From an uncultured Gemmatimonadales bacterium (lineage in GTDB: Bacteria; Gemmatimonadota; Gemmatimonadetes; Gemmatimonadales; GWC2-71-9), in the NCBI GenBank assembly GCA_963795085.1, contig CAWCFX010000002.1, forward strand, positions 96,001 through 160,000: 64,000 nt of DNA, read 5' to 3'. The translations under genes and the position numbers were made by a program. This document shows, one piece after another, positions 40,665 through 50,575 of this stretch. Each line of letters opens with the position of its first letter. Position 1 is the stretch's first letter. Under the pieces are notes generated by a model. That model was not told the DNA's origin, did no database searches, and saw only the letters and a program-made list of their open reading frames with translations.

Positions 40665-42524
40665 ATGGACCAAAACCCGACGGAATGCCCGCGCTGCAGC
40701 CGACCGGTCACGCCCGGCATCCGGGAGTGTCCGGCCTGCGGCTTTGACCTCGGGTGGGACCAGGGAATGGTCGCGACCGCCGCGCTCGGATCGGGCGCAT
40801 TCATGACCACCGCCAGCCTGTCGCCGCTGGCGGCGCGCCCCGCCGACCTTCTGCGTGAGATCGTCAGCGGGGAATACGAAATCCTCGGCGAACTGGGCCG
40901 GGGCGGGATGGCCGCTGTCTTCCTCGCCCGGGAGATCAGCCTTGACCGCAAGGTCGCCATCAAGCTGATCTCGCCGTCCTTCCTGGAAGGGTCCGAAGCG
41001 GTCGAGCGATTCAAGCGGGAAGCCCGCACCGCCGCCTCGCTCAGCCACCCCGGCGTCATACCGATCTACGGCGTCCGGGACACCGACCGGGCCCTCTTTT
41101 TCATCATGAAGTACGTGCACGGCCGTACTCTCGCGTCCATCATCCGGAGCGCGGGGCCCCTTCCCGTCACCCAGGCCCGGGCCGTGCTCGTCGCCGTGGC
41201 GCATGCCCTCGACTACGCCCACCGCAACAATGTGATTCACCGGGACATCAAACCCGGCAATATCATGGTGGATACCGAGGGACACGTGATGGTGACCGAC
41301 TTCGGAATCGCCAAGGTCGTCGATTCCGAGGGCCTGACCATGACCGGCCGCACCATCGGCACCCCCGCCTACATGAGTCCCGAATCCTGCTCCGGTCGCG
41401 AGGTCACCGGCGCCAGCGACCAGTACGCCCTCGGCGTGGTCGGCTATGAGCTGCTGTCGGGCCGGAACCCGTTCCTGGCCGATACTTCGGTCGGCATCAT
41501 GTACGCCCACGTCCATGAGGCACCCCAGCCGATCGGCGAATTACGCCCTGACTGCCCGCCCGAGATGGCCGCCGCCATCATGCGTATGATCGAAAAAAAC
41601 CCGGCGGCCCGGTTCGCCACCCTCAAGGACGCCGCCCAGGCCATCCAGGGCAGTGCGGGGATCGATGAAATGGCGGTCGTTTCCCTGGGTGCGCTCGCCG
41701 CCAGCCGGGGCCAGGCCGCCGACTCATCCACGCCGACCCCGGTGCCACGGCGCACGCCCATCAGCACCGGGACCGCCGCCCGGCGAACCCGGACATCGTC
41801 CATCGCCTGGGTGGTCGCGGGGACCCTGCTGGTGCTGGGCAGCGTGGCGGTGGGGCTCAAGCACTTCTGGGACCGGGGACGCACCGCCGCCCCTGCCGTT
41901 GACGGCGCGCTCACCAATGCCCGGGTCTTGGCGATCACGGCCCGGGCCCGGGCCAGCGCGGCGGGGCTTGCCCCGGCCCTCCTCGCCCCCGGCGATTCCA
42001 TCATGAGCGCGGCCCAGGTCATGGCCGATTCCGGCCGGAATGCGGAAGCGGCGGCCCTCTTCGCCACCGCTGCGTCGCTCTGGGATTCGATTCCCCCCGC
42101 GCCGGCGCGGACGGCGGCCCCGGTCGAGGCGCCCGGTGCCGACCGGCCGGGCCCGGCGCCGGTTGTCGAGCCTGATACACTCGCCGGCGCGGCGGGCGAT
42201 TCGGCGGCGATTGTGAAGTATTACCGGGAACTGGCAGTGGGAATCCAGGCGCGGCAACTCCGGGAAGTCACCCGCCTGTTGCCCAACCTCGACCGGTTCG
42301 CCGAGGATGCCTGGCGCCGGCTGTTCGAAGACCGGAACGTGGAGAACATCGAGGCCAACTACTCGGTGACCAGCCTGACCCGGACGGACAACCAGGTGCA
42401 CGCCCGGGTGGTGGAGAACCTGACCGTCACCAAGGGCGGAAGAGCCAACGCGAAACAGCGGACCTTCTTCGCCACCCTCACGATGGGCCCCCAGGGGTGG
42501 CGGCAGATCCGGGAAGACAAGTGA
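40665..42524 (+). CDS. Zn-ribbon Ser/Thr kinase with TM helix and C-terminal NTF2-like domain
   Basis: CPRC..CPAC; GRGGMAAVF, HRDIKPGN, DFG; TM helix; the C-terminal fold is inferred. Confidence 0.9.
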   Translation: MDQNPTECPRCSRPVTPGIRECPACGFDLGWDQGMVATAALGSGAFMTTASLSPLAARPADLLREIVSGEYEILGELGRGGMAAVFLAREISLDRKVAIKLISPSFLEGSEAVERFKREARTAASLSHPGVIPIYGVRDTDRALFFIMKYVHGRTLASIIRSAGPLPVTQARAVLVAVAHALDYAHRNNVIHRDIKPGNIMVDTEGHVMVTDFGIAKVVDSEGLTMTGRTIGTPAYMSPESCSGREVTGASDQYALGVVGYELLSGRNPFLADTSVGIMYAHVHEAPQPIGELRPDCPPEMAAAIMRMIEKNPAARFATLKDAAQAIQGSAGIDEMAVVSLGALAASRGQAADSSTPTPVPRRTPISTGTAARRTRTSSIAWVVAGTLLVLGSVAVGLKHFWDRGRTAAPAVDGALTNARVLAITARARASAAGLAPALLAPGDSIMSAAQVMADSGRNAEAAALFATAASLWDSIPPAPARTAAPVEAPGADRPGPAPVVEPDTLAGAAGDSAAIVKYYRELAVGIQARQLREVTRLLPNLDRFAEDAWRRLFEDRNVENIEANYSVTSLTRTDNQVHARVVENLTVTKGGRANAKQRTFFATLTMGPQGWRQIREDK

Positions 42525-42552
42525 AAGCTGAGGTCCGCGGCCGGCTCGCCGC

Positions 42553-43350
42553 TTAGCGGTTCTTGAAGTCCGGCTTCCGCTTCTCCAGGAACGCCTTCAC
42601 CCCTTCCTGCTTGTCCCCGCTGGCAAAGGCCACGCCGAAAAGCGTGGTCTCCTGGCGCAGCCCCTCGTCCAGCGGCGTTCGCAGCGACGCGCGTACCGCT
42701 TCCTTGATCAGCTGCAGCGCGACCGGGCTCTTCTCCGCGATGGCGCCCGCGAGGCTCAAGACCCGGTCGCGCAGGTGATCCGCCGGCACCACCTCGTCAA
42801 CCAGTCCCATTCGCAGCGCATCAGCGGCGTCGACCAGGTCTCCGGTGAACAGCAGCTTGTAGGCGTTCCCGGCGCCCACCAGGCGGGGCAGGCGCTGGGT
42901 ACCGCCGCCCCCGGGAATGATCCCGAGGTTGACCTCCGGCTGGCCGAGCCGGGCCGTGTCGGCCGCGATCCGGATATCGCAGGCCATGGCCAGCTCGCAG
43001 CCGCCGCCCAGCGCGAAACCGTTGATCATCGCGATCACCGGCTTGGGGAACGCTTCGATGGCATCGAACACCGACGGACCCCGCATCACCCGGAACTGGT
43101 CCACCGGGGTGCGGCCTTCAAATTCTCCGATGTCGGCCCCCGCAATGAACGCCTTGTCCCCGGCACCGGTGATCACCACTACCCGGACCCGGTCGTCCGG
43201 CCGCAGCGCCTCCAGCGCCTCCAGCAGGGCGGACCGGGTGGCGGCATTGAGCGCATTCCGCTTGTCGGGGCGGTTGATGGTGAGCACGGCCACGCGGTTG
43301 GCAATGTCGCGGAGAACCAGCGAATCAGTCATGGCCTTGTCCTGGGTCAA
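42553..43350 (-). CDS. Enoyl-CoA hydratase (PaaF-like)
   Basis: AFIAGAD, GGGCELA, QPEVNLG (both catalytic Glu present). Confidence 0.93.
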   Translation of the reverse strand: MTQDKAMTDSLVLRDIANRVAVLTINRPDKRNALNAATRSALLEALEALRPDDRVRVVVITGAGDKAFIAGADIGEFEGRTPVDQFRVMRGPSVFDAIEAFPKPVIAMINGFALGGGCELAMACDIRIAADTARLGQPEVNLGIIPGGGGTQRLPRLVGAGNAYKLLFTGDLVDAADALRMGLVDEVVPADHLRDRVLSLAGAIAEKSPVALQLIKEAVRASLRTPLDEGLRQETTLFGVAFASGDKQEGVKAFLEKRKPDFKNR

Positions 43351-43439
43351 TGGGCACCCCGGCGGCGCACTGCGGGGGTGCGGAGCCGGCGGGAGCCGAC
43401 AGAATATGGTTGGTTGTCATGCTGCTGCGCCGGCCTGAG

Positions 43440-44288
43440 TCAGGGCCACGGGTAGAACCCCTCGCCGCTCTTCTTGCCCAGCCGGCCCTCGGCCACCATC
43501 TGGCGCATCAGGGCGGGCGGGGCATACTGGGCTCCGCCCAGCGTGGCGTGGAGGTACTCCGCGATCCGGAGCCGGACATCCAGACCGACCACGTCGGTCA
43601 GCCGCAACGGGCCCATCGGATGGTTGTAGCCCAGCTCCATGGCCCGGTCGATGTCCGCGGCACTGGCCACTCCCTGCTCGACCATCCGGATGGCCTCCAG
43701 CCCCAGCACGACCCCCAGCCGGCTGGAGGCGAACCCCGGCGAGTCGCGGACCACCACCGGCTCCTTGCCGAGGGCCGCGACGACGGCGAGAGCGTCGGCG
43801 CGGGTGTGCGCGTCGGCGCCGTCATGCAGGACGATCTCCACCAGCCGCATCAGGTGCACCGGGTTGAAGAAATGGAGGCCGACCAGCCGGGTGGGGTGGG
43901 GCAGCCCGTCGGCGAGTGCGCTCACCGACAGGGAGGAGGTGTTGGTGGCCAGCAGCGCCGCGTCGGTGACGACCCGCGCCGCCTCCCCCAGCACCGCCCG
44001 CTTGACGGCCAGGTCCTCGACGACCGCCTCGATGACCAGGTCCACGTTGCGGCAGGCCTCGGGGATCGAATCGGCGGGGTGGATGCGGCCCCGGATGGCT
44101 TCCCGGTCCTCGGGGGTCATCTTGCCGCGGCTCACCGCGCCATCCAGGGTTCTGGCCATCCCGGCCATCGCGCCGGGGAGCGCGTCCGGCCGTGCATCGG
44201 TCAGCCGGGTCTCCCAGCCGGCGGTGGCGGCGGCCTGGGCGATGCCGGCGCCCATGGTGCCGGCGCCGATCACGGCGACCCGGTGCAC
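43440..44288 (-). CDS. 3-hydroxyacyl-CoA dehydrogenase (PaaH-like)
   Basis: GAGTMGAGIA, EAVVE, TNTSSL, HFFNP, PMGP; start uncertain (GTG 44288). Confidence 0.92.
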   Translation of the reverse strand: MHRVAVIGAGTMGAGIAQAAATAGWETRLTDARPDALPGAMAGMARTLDGAVSRGKMTPEDREAIRGRIHPADSIPEACRNVDLVIEAVVEDLAVKRAVLGEAARVVTDAALLATNTSSLSVSALADGLPHPTRLVGLHFFNPVHLMRLVEIVLHDGADAHTRADALAVVAALGKEPVVVRDSPGFASSRLGVVLGLEAIRMVEQGVASAADIDRAMELGYNHPMGPLRLTDVVGLDVRLRIAEYLHATLGGAQYAPPALMRQMVAEGRLGKKSGEGFYPWP

Positions 44289-44316
44289 CTGGAAGGGTGA
44301 GGTGGGATCGAGGGGG

Positions 44317-44997
44317 TCACGACCGGGTCTCCAGCGTGGCCCTGAGCCGGTCAGGGTGGTTGCCGCAGAGGCCGTCCACGCCCAGCCCGGCCAGCCGCAG
44401 CGCGTCCTGGGGCTGGTTGACGGTCCAGGCGATGAGGCGATATCCCCGTGCGTGAACGGCATCCACGATAGCCCGGTCGATCAGCCGCTGGTCCTGCCAG
44501 AGCGTGCGGGCCCCGGCGGCATCGAGCAGCGCGACGGCGTCCAGCGGGTAGGATGACAGCAGGATGCCGCGGTCGAGGCCCGGGCGCCGGGTGCCCAGCC
44601 GGGCGATGATCCGGTGGTCGAAGCTGTGCACGGCGTAGCGGGCCGGTGCCGGCCCTTCGTCCAGCACGGCGAGCAATGCTTCGTCAAAGGCCGGGGCCAG
44701 CGTCTTGATCTCGACGTACACGTCAACCTCTCCCAGCAGCCTCAGGACCTCGGGCAGCGTCGGCACGGTCTCGCCGTTGGGCAGGCGGTAGGCCATCACA
44801 TCGGTGTAGGCCAAATGGCCGATCGGCCCCAGCCCGGGCAGCTCGGCATCGTGGTGGACCAGGATGATGCCGTCTCCAGTGGAATGCACGTCGAGCTCGA
44901 CACCATCGGCGCCGAGCTCGAGAGCGCGGGAGAAAGCGGCGCGGGAGTTCTCGAACTCCCGGCCGCTGGCCCCGCGGTGGGCGATGATCGCGGTCAG
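44317..44997 (-). CDS. Glycerophosphodiester phosphodiesterase family protein
   Basis: IIAHRGAS..EN, ELDVH, EIK, SFD, WTVN; apparent CTG start. Confidence 0.9.
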   Translation of the reverse strand: MTAIIAHRGASGREFENSRAAFSRALELGADGVELDVHSTGDGIILVHHDAELPGLGPIGHLAYTDVMAYRLPNGETVPTLPEVLRLLGEVDVYVEIKTLAPAFDEALLAVLDEGPAPARYAVHSFDHRIIARLGTRRPGLDRGILLSSYPLDAVALLDAAGARTLWQDQRLIDRAIVDAVHARGYRLIAWTVNQPQDALRLAGLGVDGLCGNHPDRLRATLETRS

Positions 44998-46124
44998 TTC
45001 TCGTCCTCCGCCTTCTTGGACTCGATCCAGTCATTGTCCTTGAAGATATTCCGCAGCAGTTCCCGGTCCTCCGCGGTGGGCAGCACCCCGGCGAGATAGG
45101 CCGGGTACTTCGCGGCGTCCATCTCGTCCCCGTCCAGCGTGTAGGACTGCCGGGCCCAGGTCCCGATCTTCCGGTTGAACCTGATGTCCGGGACCTTGAG
45201 ATGCCGCTCCCGGTCGGGGATCGCGATATTGAGCCGGGCCACCAGGCGGGTCACTTCCTGCCGGTACAGTTCCCGGCTGGCCTCGTTCAGGTGCGCGACA
45301 TCGGCGGCCTCGTCGGTCTCCCGCTCGTTGAAGCGGCCCTTGAGGCCCCAGACGTAGGCCCAGTGGGCGCTGGAAGAATTGTCGGTGCCGAACAGGTCGA
45401 ACGCCGTGGGGACCCACTTGTTGAAGTACCGCTGGACGATCTCCGTCGGAATGCGGTCGGCTTTCACGATCCGGAGCAGGCCGTTGTTGCCGGTGCCCAG
45501 GTGGAAGCTCTCCTCCTTGAGCATCGGTCCCATCGAGCAGGCCAACGGCTGGAAGCTCGACGAGGACAGCATCTTGAGCTGGAACTTTCCGTCCCGGTCG
45601 ATGAACTGGGTGTAGGTGTAGAAGTCGAGCCAGTTTTCCACGATCTCGTTGAAGGATCCCAGCAGGCGCTGGCCTTCCTCCGCCCGGCGCTCCAGCAGCT
45701 TGGCCGCTTCCCGCCGCCCTTCGTCGCCGAAGTGGTCGACCAGCAGGTAGGACATCTGCCAGCCATGCCGCATCTCTTCGCTCATTACCCGCACCAGGGC
45801 GAACAGGTCGTAGTCGCTGGGAGCGTTGTGCAGCAGCTTCTTCTGCTGTTCCACCGATGCGAACTCGGTATCGCCCTGGAAGACGATCAGGTTGAGCAGT
45901 GCATCCCGGATCCGCTGATCGGGGATGTGCATGATGGTCTTCCACTTGAGATTGCCCTTGTAGTGGCCAAACTCGATCGCGTCCGACTCCGGCGCCGAGA
46001 ACTTGGCGTCAAAGGCAAAATTCTTGGGGATCCGGGCGTTAAAGTCCTTCATGGGCAGGCCGATCGACTCCTGCCAGAAGTGGAAGTAGTCGATCCAGTC
46101 GTCAAAATTTCCGATACGGCGCAT
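44994..46124 (-). CDS. BoxB-like (PaaA/PaaC superfamily) diiron aryl-CoA epoxidase subunit
   Basis: QGDTEFASVEQQ, APS.YDL, EEMRH, DRDGKFQL, EESFH. Confidence 0.85.
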   Translation of the reverse strand: MRRIGNFDDWIDYFHFWQESIGLPMKDFNARIPKNFAFDAKFSAPESDAIEFGHYKGNLKWKTIMHIPDQRIRDALLNLIVFQGDTEFASVEQQKKLLHNAPSDYDLFALVRVMSEEMRHGWQMSYLLVDHFGDEGRREAAKLLERRAEEGQRLLGSFNEIVENWLDFYTYTQFIDRDGKFQLKMLSSSSFQPLACSMGPMLKEESFHLGTGNNGLLRIVKADRIPTEIVQRYFNKWVPTAFDLFGTDNSSSAHWAYVWGLKGRFNERETDEAADVAHLNEASRELYRQEVTRLVARLNIAIPDRERHLKVPDIRFNRKIGTWARQSYTLDGDEMDAAKYPAYLAGVLPTAEDRELLRNIFKDNDWIESKKAEDEN

Positions 46125-46195
46125 TATGAAGTTCCTCCCGGGTATAGTCTGTCGCGATGAGCTGATGGTTGCCGGCCGACGGCCGGGGCCGATGG

Positions 46196-46987
46196 CTATC
46201 CACCTTCGAAATGCGGCGGCCGCTTGGCGCCAAAGGCCGCGAATCCTTCCAGGGCATCCTTGCTCCGGAAGCAACGTTCCTGGTTGTCCTCCTCCACCTC
46301 CAGCGCCTGGGAGAGGTCCCGTTCCAGGCCCTGGTACACCGCCTGCTTGGCGAGCCCGGCCGCGATGGGCGGCAGGGCGGCCAGCGCCCGGGCCCACTCG
46401 GCGGTCGCCTCGGGCAGGTCCGCGGCCGGTACCACCCGGTTAACCAGGCCCAGTTCAAGGCAGCGGTCCGCCGCCACGACCTCGGCCGACCAGATCAGCT
46501 CCAGGGCGCGCGAGGATCCGACCAGCCGCGGCAGCAGGTAGGTCCCACCCCAGTCAGGATGGAGGCCAATGCGGTGAAACACCTGGCCGATCCCGGCGGT
46601 GTCCGCGGCGATCCGGAGATCGCACCCCAGCGCCAGGTTCGCGCCGCCGCCGGCCGCCACGCCGTTGAGGCTGGCCAGCACCGGCTTGGGCGAGTCCCGG
46701 ATCAGCCGCAGCAACTGGCCTCCGGCCCGCACCAGCGCCATCGCATCGGGGTAGCGGGCCTCCTCGAGCGCCTGGCCCAGGAACTTCACGTCGCCACCGG
46801 CGCTGAACGCGCGACCCGAGCCCGTGATGACCAGCACCCGGACCGATTTGTCCATCAGGAGCGTCCCGGTGGCTTCCACCAGGTGGCCCGCCATTTCGGC
46901 GTCCACCGCGTTGAGCCGGTCCGGCCGGTTCAGCGTGACCGTACCGATCCCGCCCTCGACCGAGGCCAGCACAAATGGGTGCGTCAC
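46196..46987 (-). CDS. Enoyl-CoA isomerase (PaaG-like)
   Basis: GGGANLALGCD and HPDWGGT (Asp present, no catalytic Glu pair); GTG start with RBS. Confidence 0.88.
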   Translation of the reverse strand: MTHPFVLASVEGGIGTVTLNRPDRLNAVDAEMAGHLVEATGTLLMDKSVRVLVITGSGRAFSAGGDVKFLGQALEEARYPDAMALVRAGGQLLRLIRDSPKPVLASLNGVAAGGGANLALGCDLRIAADTAGIGQVFHRIGLHPDWGGTYLLPRLVGSSRALELIWSAEVVAADRCLELGLVNRVVPAADLPEATAEWARALAALPPIAAGLAKQAVYQGLERDLSQALEVEEDNQERCFRSKDALEGFAAFGAKRPPHFEGG

Positions 46988-47019
46988 CGTCTCCCTCTTA
47001 CCGCTTCCCTGGTCACTCG

Positions 47020-48222
47020 TCACTGGTCGGTGTTCTCCACAATCATGGCAATTCCCTGTCCCACGCCGATGCACATTGTCGCCAGACCGTACCGTCCGCC
47101 GGTCCGCCGAAGCGCGTGAGTCAGGGTCGCCAGGATCCGTGCGCCCGATGCCCCCAGCGGGTGGCCCAGGGCGATCGCCCCGCCGTAGATGTTGACCCGG
47201 GCCGGATCGAGGTCCAGCTCGCGGATGCAGGCGATGCTCTGCGCGGCGAAGGCCTCGTTCAGTTCGATCAGGTCGATGTCCGCGAGGGTGAGCCCGGTGC
47301 GCTCCAGGACTTTCCGGGTTGCCGGAATCGGTCCCAGGCCCATGCAGCTGGGGTCCACCCCGGCGACGGCCGATCCGATGATGCGGGCCAGGGGCGGGGT
47401 CCCCAGCTCGCGGGCCGCCGCTTCGCTCAGGACGGCGACCGCTCCGGACCCGTCGTTGATGCCGCTCGAGGTCGCCGCGGTGACGCTCCCGTCCTTCGTA
47501 AAGGCCGGTTTGAGCCCGGCCAGTGTCTCGAGGGTGACGCCGGCACGGGGGTATTCGTCCCGCGAGAACTGGCGCTTCGAGCCGTCCTTCGACTTGAGAG
47601 GCACTGGCACCACTTCGTCCTCGAAGCGGGACTCGGCCAGCGCCGCCTGGGCCCGCTCCTGGCTCATCACCGCGAACTCGTCCTGCTCCTGCCGGCTGAT
47701 GCCGTACTGGCGGGCGACTTTCTCGGCCGTCTCGCCCAGCGAGATGGTCCACTCTCCGGGCATGGCGGGGTTGGTGAACCGCCAGCCCACCGTCGAGTCG
47801 GCCAGGGGGGGTGGCGTCCGGTTCCACGCCGTCCCGCTCTTGAGCAGGATGTAGGGAGCCCGGGTCATGCTCTCCACGCCACCGGCGATGAAAATGTCGC
47901 CCTCGTTGGCCTTCACGGCCTGCGCCGCGCTGGCCACCGCCTGGAGGCCCGAGCCGCAGAGGCGGTTGACCGTCTGTCCGGGAACTTCAACCGGAAGCCC
48001 CGCCAGGAGCGCGGCCATCCTGGCCACGTTGCGATTGTCCTCGCCGGCCTGGTTGCTGCAGCCGAAGATGACGTCGTCGATCCGGTTCGCGGGGAGCCGG
48101 CCCCGCTCCACCACGGCCCTGATGGCCACGGCGGCGAGATCGTCGGGCCGGACATCGGCCAGCGATCCCCCGACCTTCCCGATCGGCGTGCGCACGGCGG
48201 CGGTAATGACGGGGGCGTTCAT
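47020..48222 (-). CDS. Thiolase (PaaJ/PcaF-like)
   Basis: NQAGEDNRNVARM, NRLCGSG, NEAFA, GHPLGASG, CIGVGQG. Confidence 0.95.
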   Translation of the reverse strand: MNAPVITAAVRTPIGKVGGSLADVRPDDLAAVAIRAVVERGRLPANRIDDVIFGCSNQAGEDNRNVARMAALLAGLPVEVPGQTVNRLCGSGLQAVASAAQAVKANEGDIFIAGGVESMTRAPYILLKSGTAWNRTPPPLADSTVGWRFTNPAMPGEWTISLGETAEKVARQYGISRQEQDEFAVMSQERAQAALAESRFEDEVVPVPLKSKDGSKRQFSRDEYPRAGVTLETLAGLKPAFTKDGSVTAATSSGINDGSGAVAVLSEAAARELGTPPLARIIGSAVAGVDPSCMGLGPIPATRKVLERTGLTLADIDLIELNEAFAAQSIACIRELDLDPARVNIYGGAIALGHPLGASGARILATLTHALRRTGGRYGLATMCIGVGQGIAMIVENTDQ

Positions 48223-48250
48223 CGGCGGATGGCGCACGGCGGATGGCAAC

Positions 48251-49684
48251 TCACAGCCCGACCCACACCGTTTTCGATTCCGTGTAACCGTCCAGGGCCA
48301 CCCGGCCCAGGTCGCGCCCGAAGCCGGACTGCTTGTACCCGCCGAAGGGCGCCGCCGGGTCATAGATGTTGTAGGTGTTGACCCACACCGTCCCGGCTTT
48401 CACCGCGCGCGCCAGCCGGTGGGCCTTGCTCACATCGCGGGTCCAGATGCCCGCGGCGAGGCCGTACATGGACTGGTTGGCGAGGTGCACCGCCTCGTCG
48501 AAATCGTCGAAGCCGAGCACCGCGAGCACCGGCCCGAAGATCTCCTCCCGGGCCACCGTCATCTCGGGCGTCAGGCCGTCGAATACCGTGGCCTCGACGA
48601 AAAACCCCTTGCCGTTGACTTTCACCGCATTGCCGCCGGCCACCACGGTGCCGCCTTCGGCTTTCCCCTTTTCGATGTAGCCGAGAACGTTCTCCTGCTG
48701 CTTGCGGGAGACCAGCGCGCCCATCCGGGTCGCCTTGTCGAAGGGGTCGCCGGGGGTCAGCTTCCGGGCCCGTTCGGCCAGTTGCTCAACCACCTGGTCC
48801 TTGACCGACCGCTCCACCAGGAGCCGGCTCCCCGCCGCGCAGACCTCGCCCTTGCCGTAGAAGATGCCGGTCTGGGCGCCCCGGACCGCCGCCCCGAGGT
48901 CCGCGTCCGCGAAGACGATATTGGGGCTCTTGCCGCCCAGCTCGAGGGTGACCCGCTTCACCGTGTCGGCGGCTTCCTTCATGATGGTCTTGCCCACCTC
49001 GGTGGACCCCGTAAACGCGATCTTGTCCACGTCCGGGTGGCGGACCAGCGCCATGCCCGCCGTGCGTCCGCCGCCGGCGATCACGTTGAGCGCGCCGGGG
49101 GGCAGGCCCGCTTCCAGCATCACCTGGCCCAGGGCGATCGCCGTGAGCGGCGTCTCGGTGGCGGGCTTGAGCACCACGGTACATCCCGCCGCGAGGGCCG
49201 GGGCCACCTTCCACATGGCCAAATTGAGCGGAAAGTTCCAGGGCACGATGGCGCCGACCACGCCGACCGGTTCCCGCAGGGTATACACGAAAAACGGCCC
49301 GTCCACCGGCAGCGTATCGCCGGTCAGCTTGTCGCACCAGCCGGCGTAGTAGCGCAGGGTTTCGATGGCCATCGAACAGTCGATGTTCGATTCGAACAGC
49401 GGCTTGCCATTCTGCAGTGATTCCAGCCGGGCGATCTCCGGCTGGCGGCTGGCCAGGATATCGGCGGCTTTGGCGAGCAGGGCCCCCCGCTTGCGGGCCG
49501 ACAGTTTTTGCCAGCTATCGGAGACGAAACACGCCCGGGCCGACGCCACCGCCTGGTCCACGTCGGCCGCATCTCCCTCGGCCACCTGGGCGATGATTTC
49601 CTCCGTGGCCGGGTTGACCACCGCGAAGCGGCGGCCCGAGGCCGCCGGGCGGTATTCGTTACCGATAAAAAGATCAGTATGCAT
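48251..49684 (-). CDS. Aldehyde dehydrogenase
   Basis: PWNFP, FTGST, LELGGK, GEVCAAG, EEIFGP. Confidence 0.96.
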   Translation of the reverse strand: MHTDLFIGNEYRPAASGRRFAVVNPATEEIIAQVAEGDAADVDQAVASARACFVSDSWQKLSARKRGALLAKAADILASRQPEIARLESLQNGKPLFESNIDCSMAIETLRYYAGWCDKLTGDTLPVDGPFFVYTLREPVGVVGAIVPWNFPLNLAMWKVAPALAAGCTVVLKPATETPLTAIALGQVMLEAGLPPGALNVIAGGGRTAGMALVRHPDVDKIAFTGSTEVGKTIMKEAADTVKRVTLELGGKSPNIVFADADLGAAVRGAQTGIFYGKGEVCAAGSRLLVERSVKDQVVEQLAERARKLTPGDPFDKATRMGALVSRKQQENVLGYIEKGKAEGGTVVAGGNAVKVNGKGFFVEATVFDGLTPEMTVAREEIFGPVLAVLGFDDFDEAVHLANQSMYGLAAGIWTRDVSKAHRLARAVKAGTVWVNTYNIYDPAAPFGGYKQSGFGRDLGRVALDGYTESKTVWVGL

Positions 49685-49740
49685 GTCTCACGAATGCCGG
49701 GGTCAAAGGGAAGCCATCCGGAGCGAGGCGAAGGATCATC

Positions 49741-50571
49741 CTACCTGGCCGTGAACGTCGCCATCCGCTTTTCGTTGTACGCCGCGATGCCTTCCTTGGC
49801 GTCTTCCGACTGGAACAGCTGCTGCTGCAGCTCCCGCTCGATCGCGAGGCCCGACTCGAAGGGGACCTCGGCGCCTGACTGGACCGCCCGCTTGATGAGT
49901 CCCACCGCCTTGGACGCCTTGTGGGGCGGACAGAACTGCCGGGCGTAGACTACCACGTTGTCCCAGAAGTTGTCGTTCTCGAACACCTTGTTGACCATGC
50001 CGTGGTCTTCGGCGGTCTCGAACGAGAAGGTTTCGCCGGTGCACATCAGCTCGATCGCCTTGGACTTGCCGATCAGCCGGGCCAGCCGCTGGGTGCCGCC
50101 GGTGCCGGGGAGCACGCCCAGGTTGACTTCCGGCAGCCCGATCTTGCCGGCGTTCCGCCGGGCGATCCGGATATCGCAGGCCATCGCGATCTCCAGGCCG
50201 CCGCCCACGCAATGACCGTTGAGGGCGGCGATGGTCAGCTTGGGCGTCTGCTCCAGGCGGCTCAACGTCTCGTTGGCATGAAGACAGAAGAAATACTTGA
50301 ACCGGGGCGTCACCTGGTTCAGCATTCCGATATTGGCGCCGGCCGAGAAAAACTTCTCGCCCTGGCCCCGGATCACGATGACGTGGGCCTCTTCGGCCAT
50401 CCGGGCATCGAGAATCGCCGCGTCCAGCTGCCGCATCATCTCGTACGTGTAGGTGTTGGCCGGGGGATCGTTGAGGGTGATGATCGCCAGGCCGTCCGTG
50501 ACTTCGTAGTCCACCAGGACTTTTTCAGTCGGGGCAGGGGCACCGGGGCGAGGAGCAAGAGTCGTAGCCAC
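49741..50571 (-). CDS. Enoyl-CoA hydratase/isomerase family protein
   Basis: FSAGAN, GGGLEIA, LPEVNLG; GTG start with GGAGG RBS. Confidence 0.92.
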   Translation of the reverse strand: MATTLAPRPGAPAPTEKVLVDYEVTDGLAIITLNDPPANTYTYEMMRQLDAAILDARMAEEAHVIVIRGQGEKFFSAGANIGMLNQVTPRFKYFFCLHANETLSRLEQTPKLTIAALNGHCVGGGLEIAMACDIRIARRNAGKIGLPEVNLGVLPGTGGTQRLARLIGKSKAIELMCTGETFSFETAEDHGMVNKVFENDNFWDNVVVYARQFCPPHKASKAVGLIKRAVQSGAEVPFESGLAIERELQQQLFQSEDAKEGIAAYNEKRMATFTAR

Positions 50572-50575
50572 TGGG

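Noticed and set aside
44288..44320. Programmed frameshift at the start of the 3-hydroxyacyl-CoA dehydrogenase
   Set aside because: The GTGA overlap at 44320 is out of frame, but an in-frame GTG at 44288 explains the gene; it cannot be distinguished from a sequencing indel
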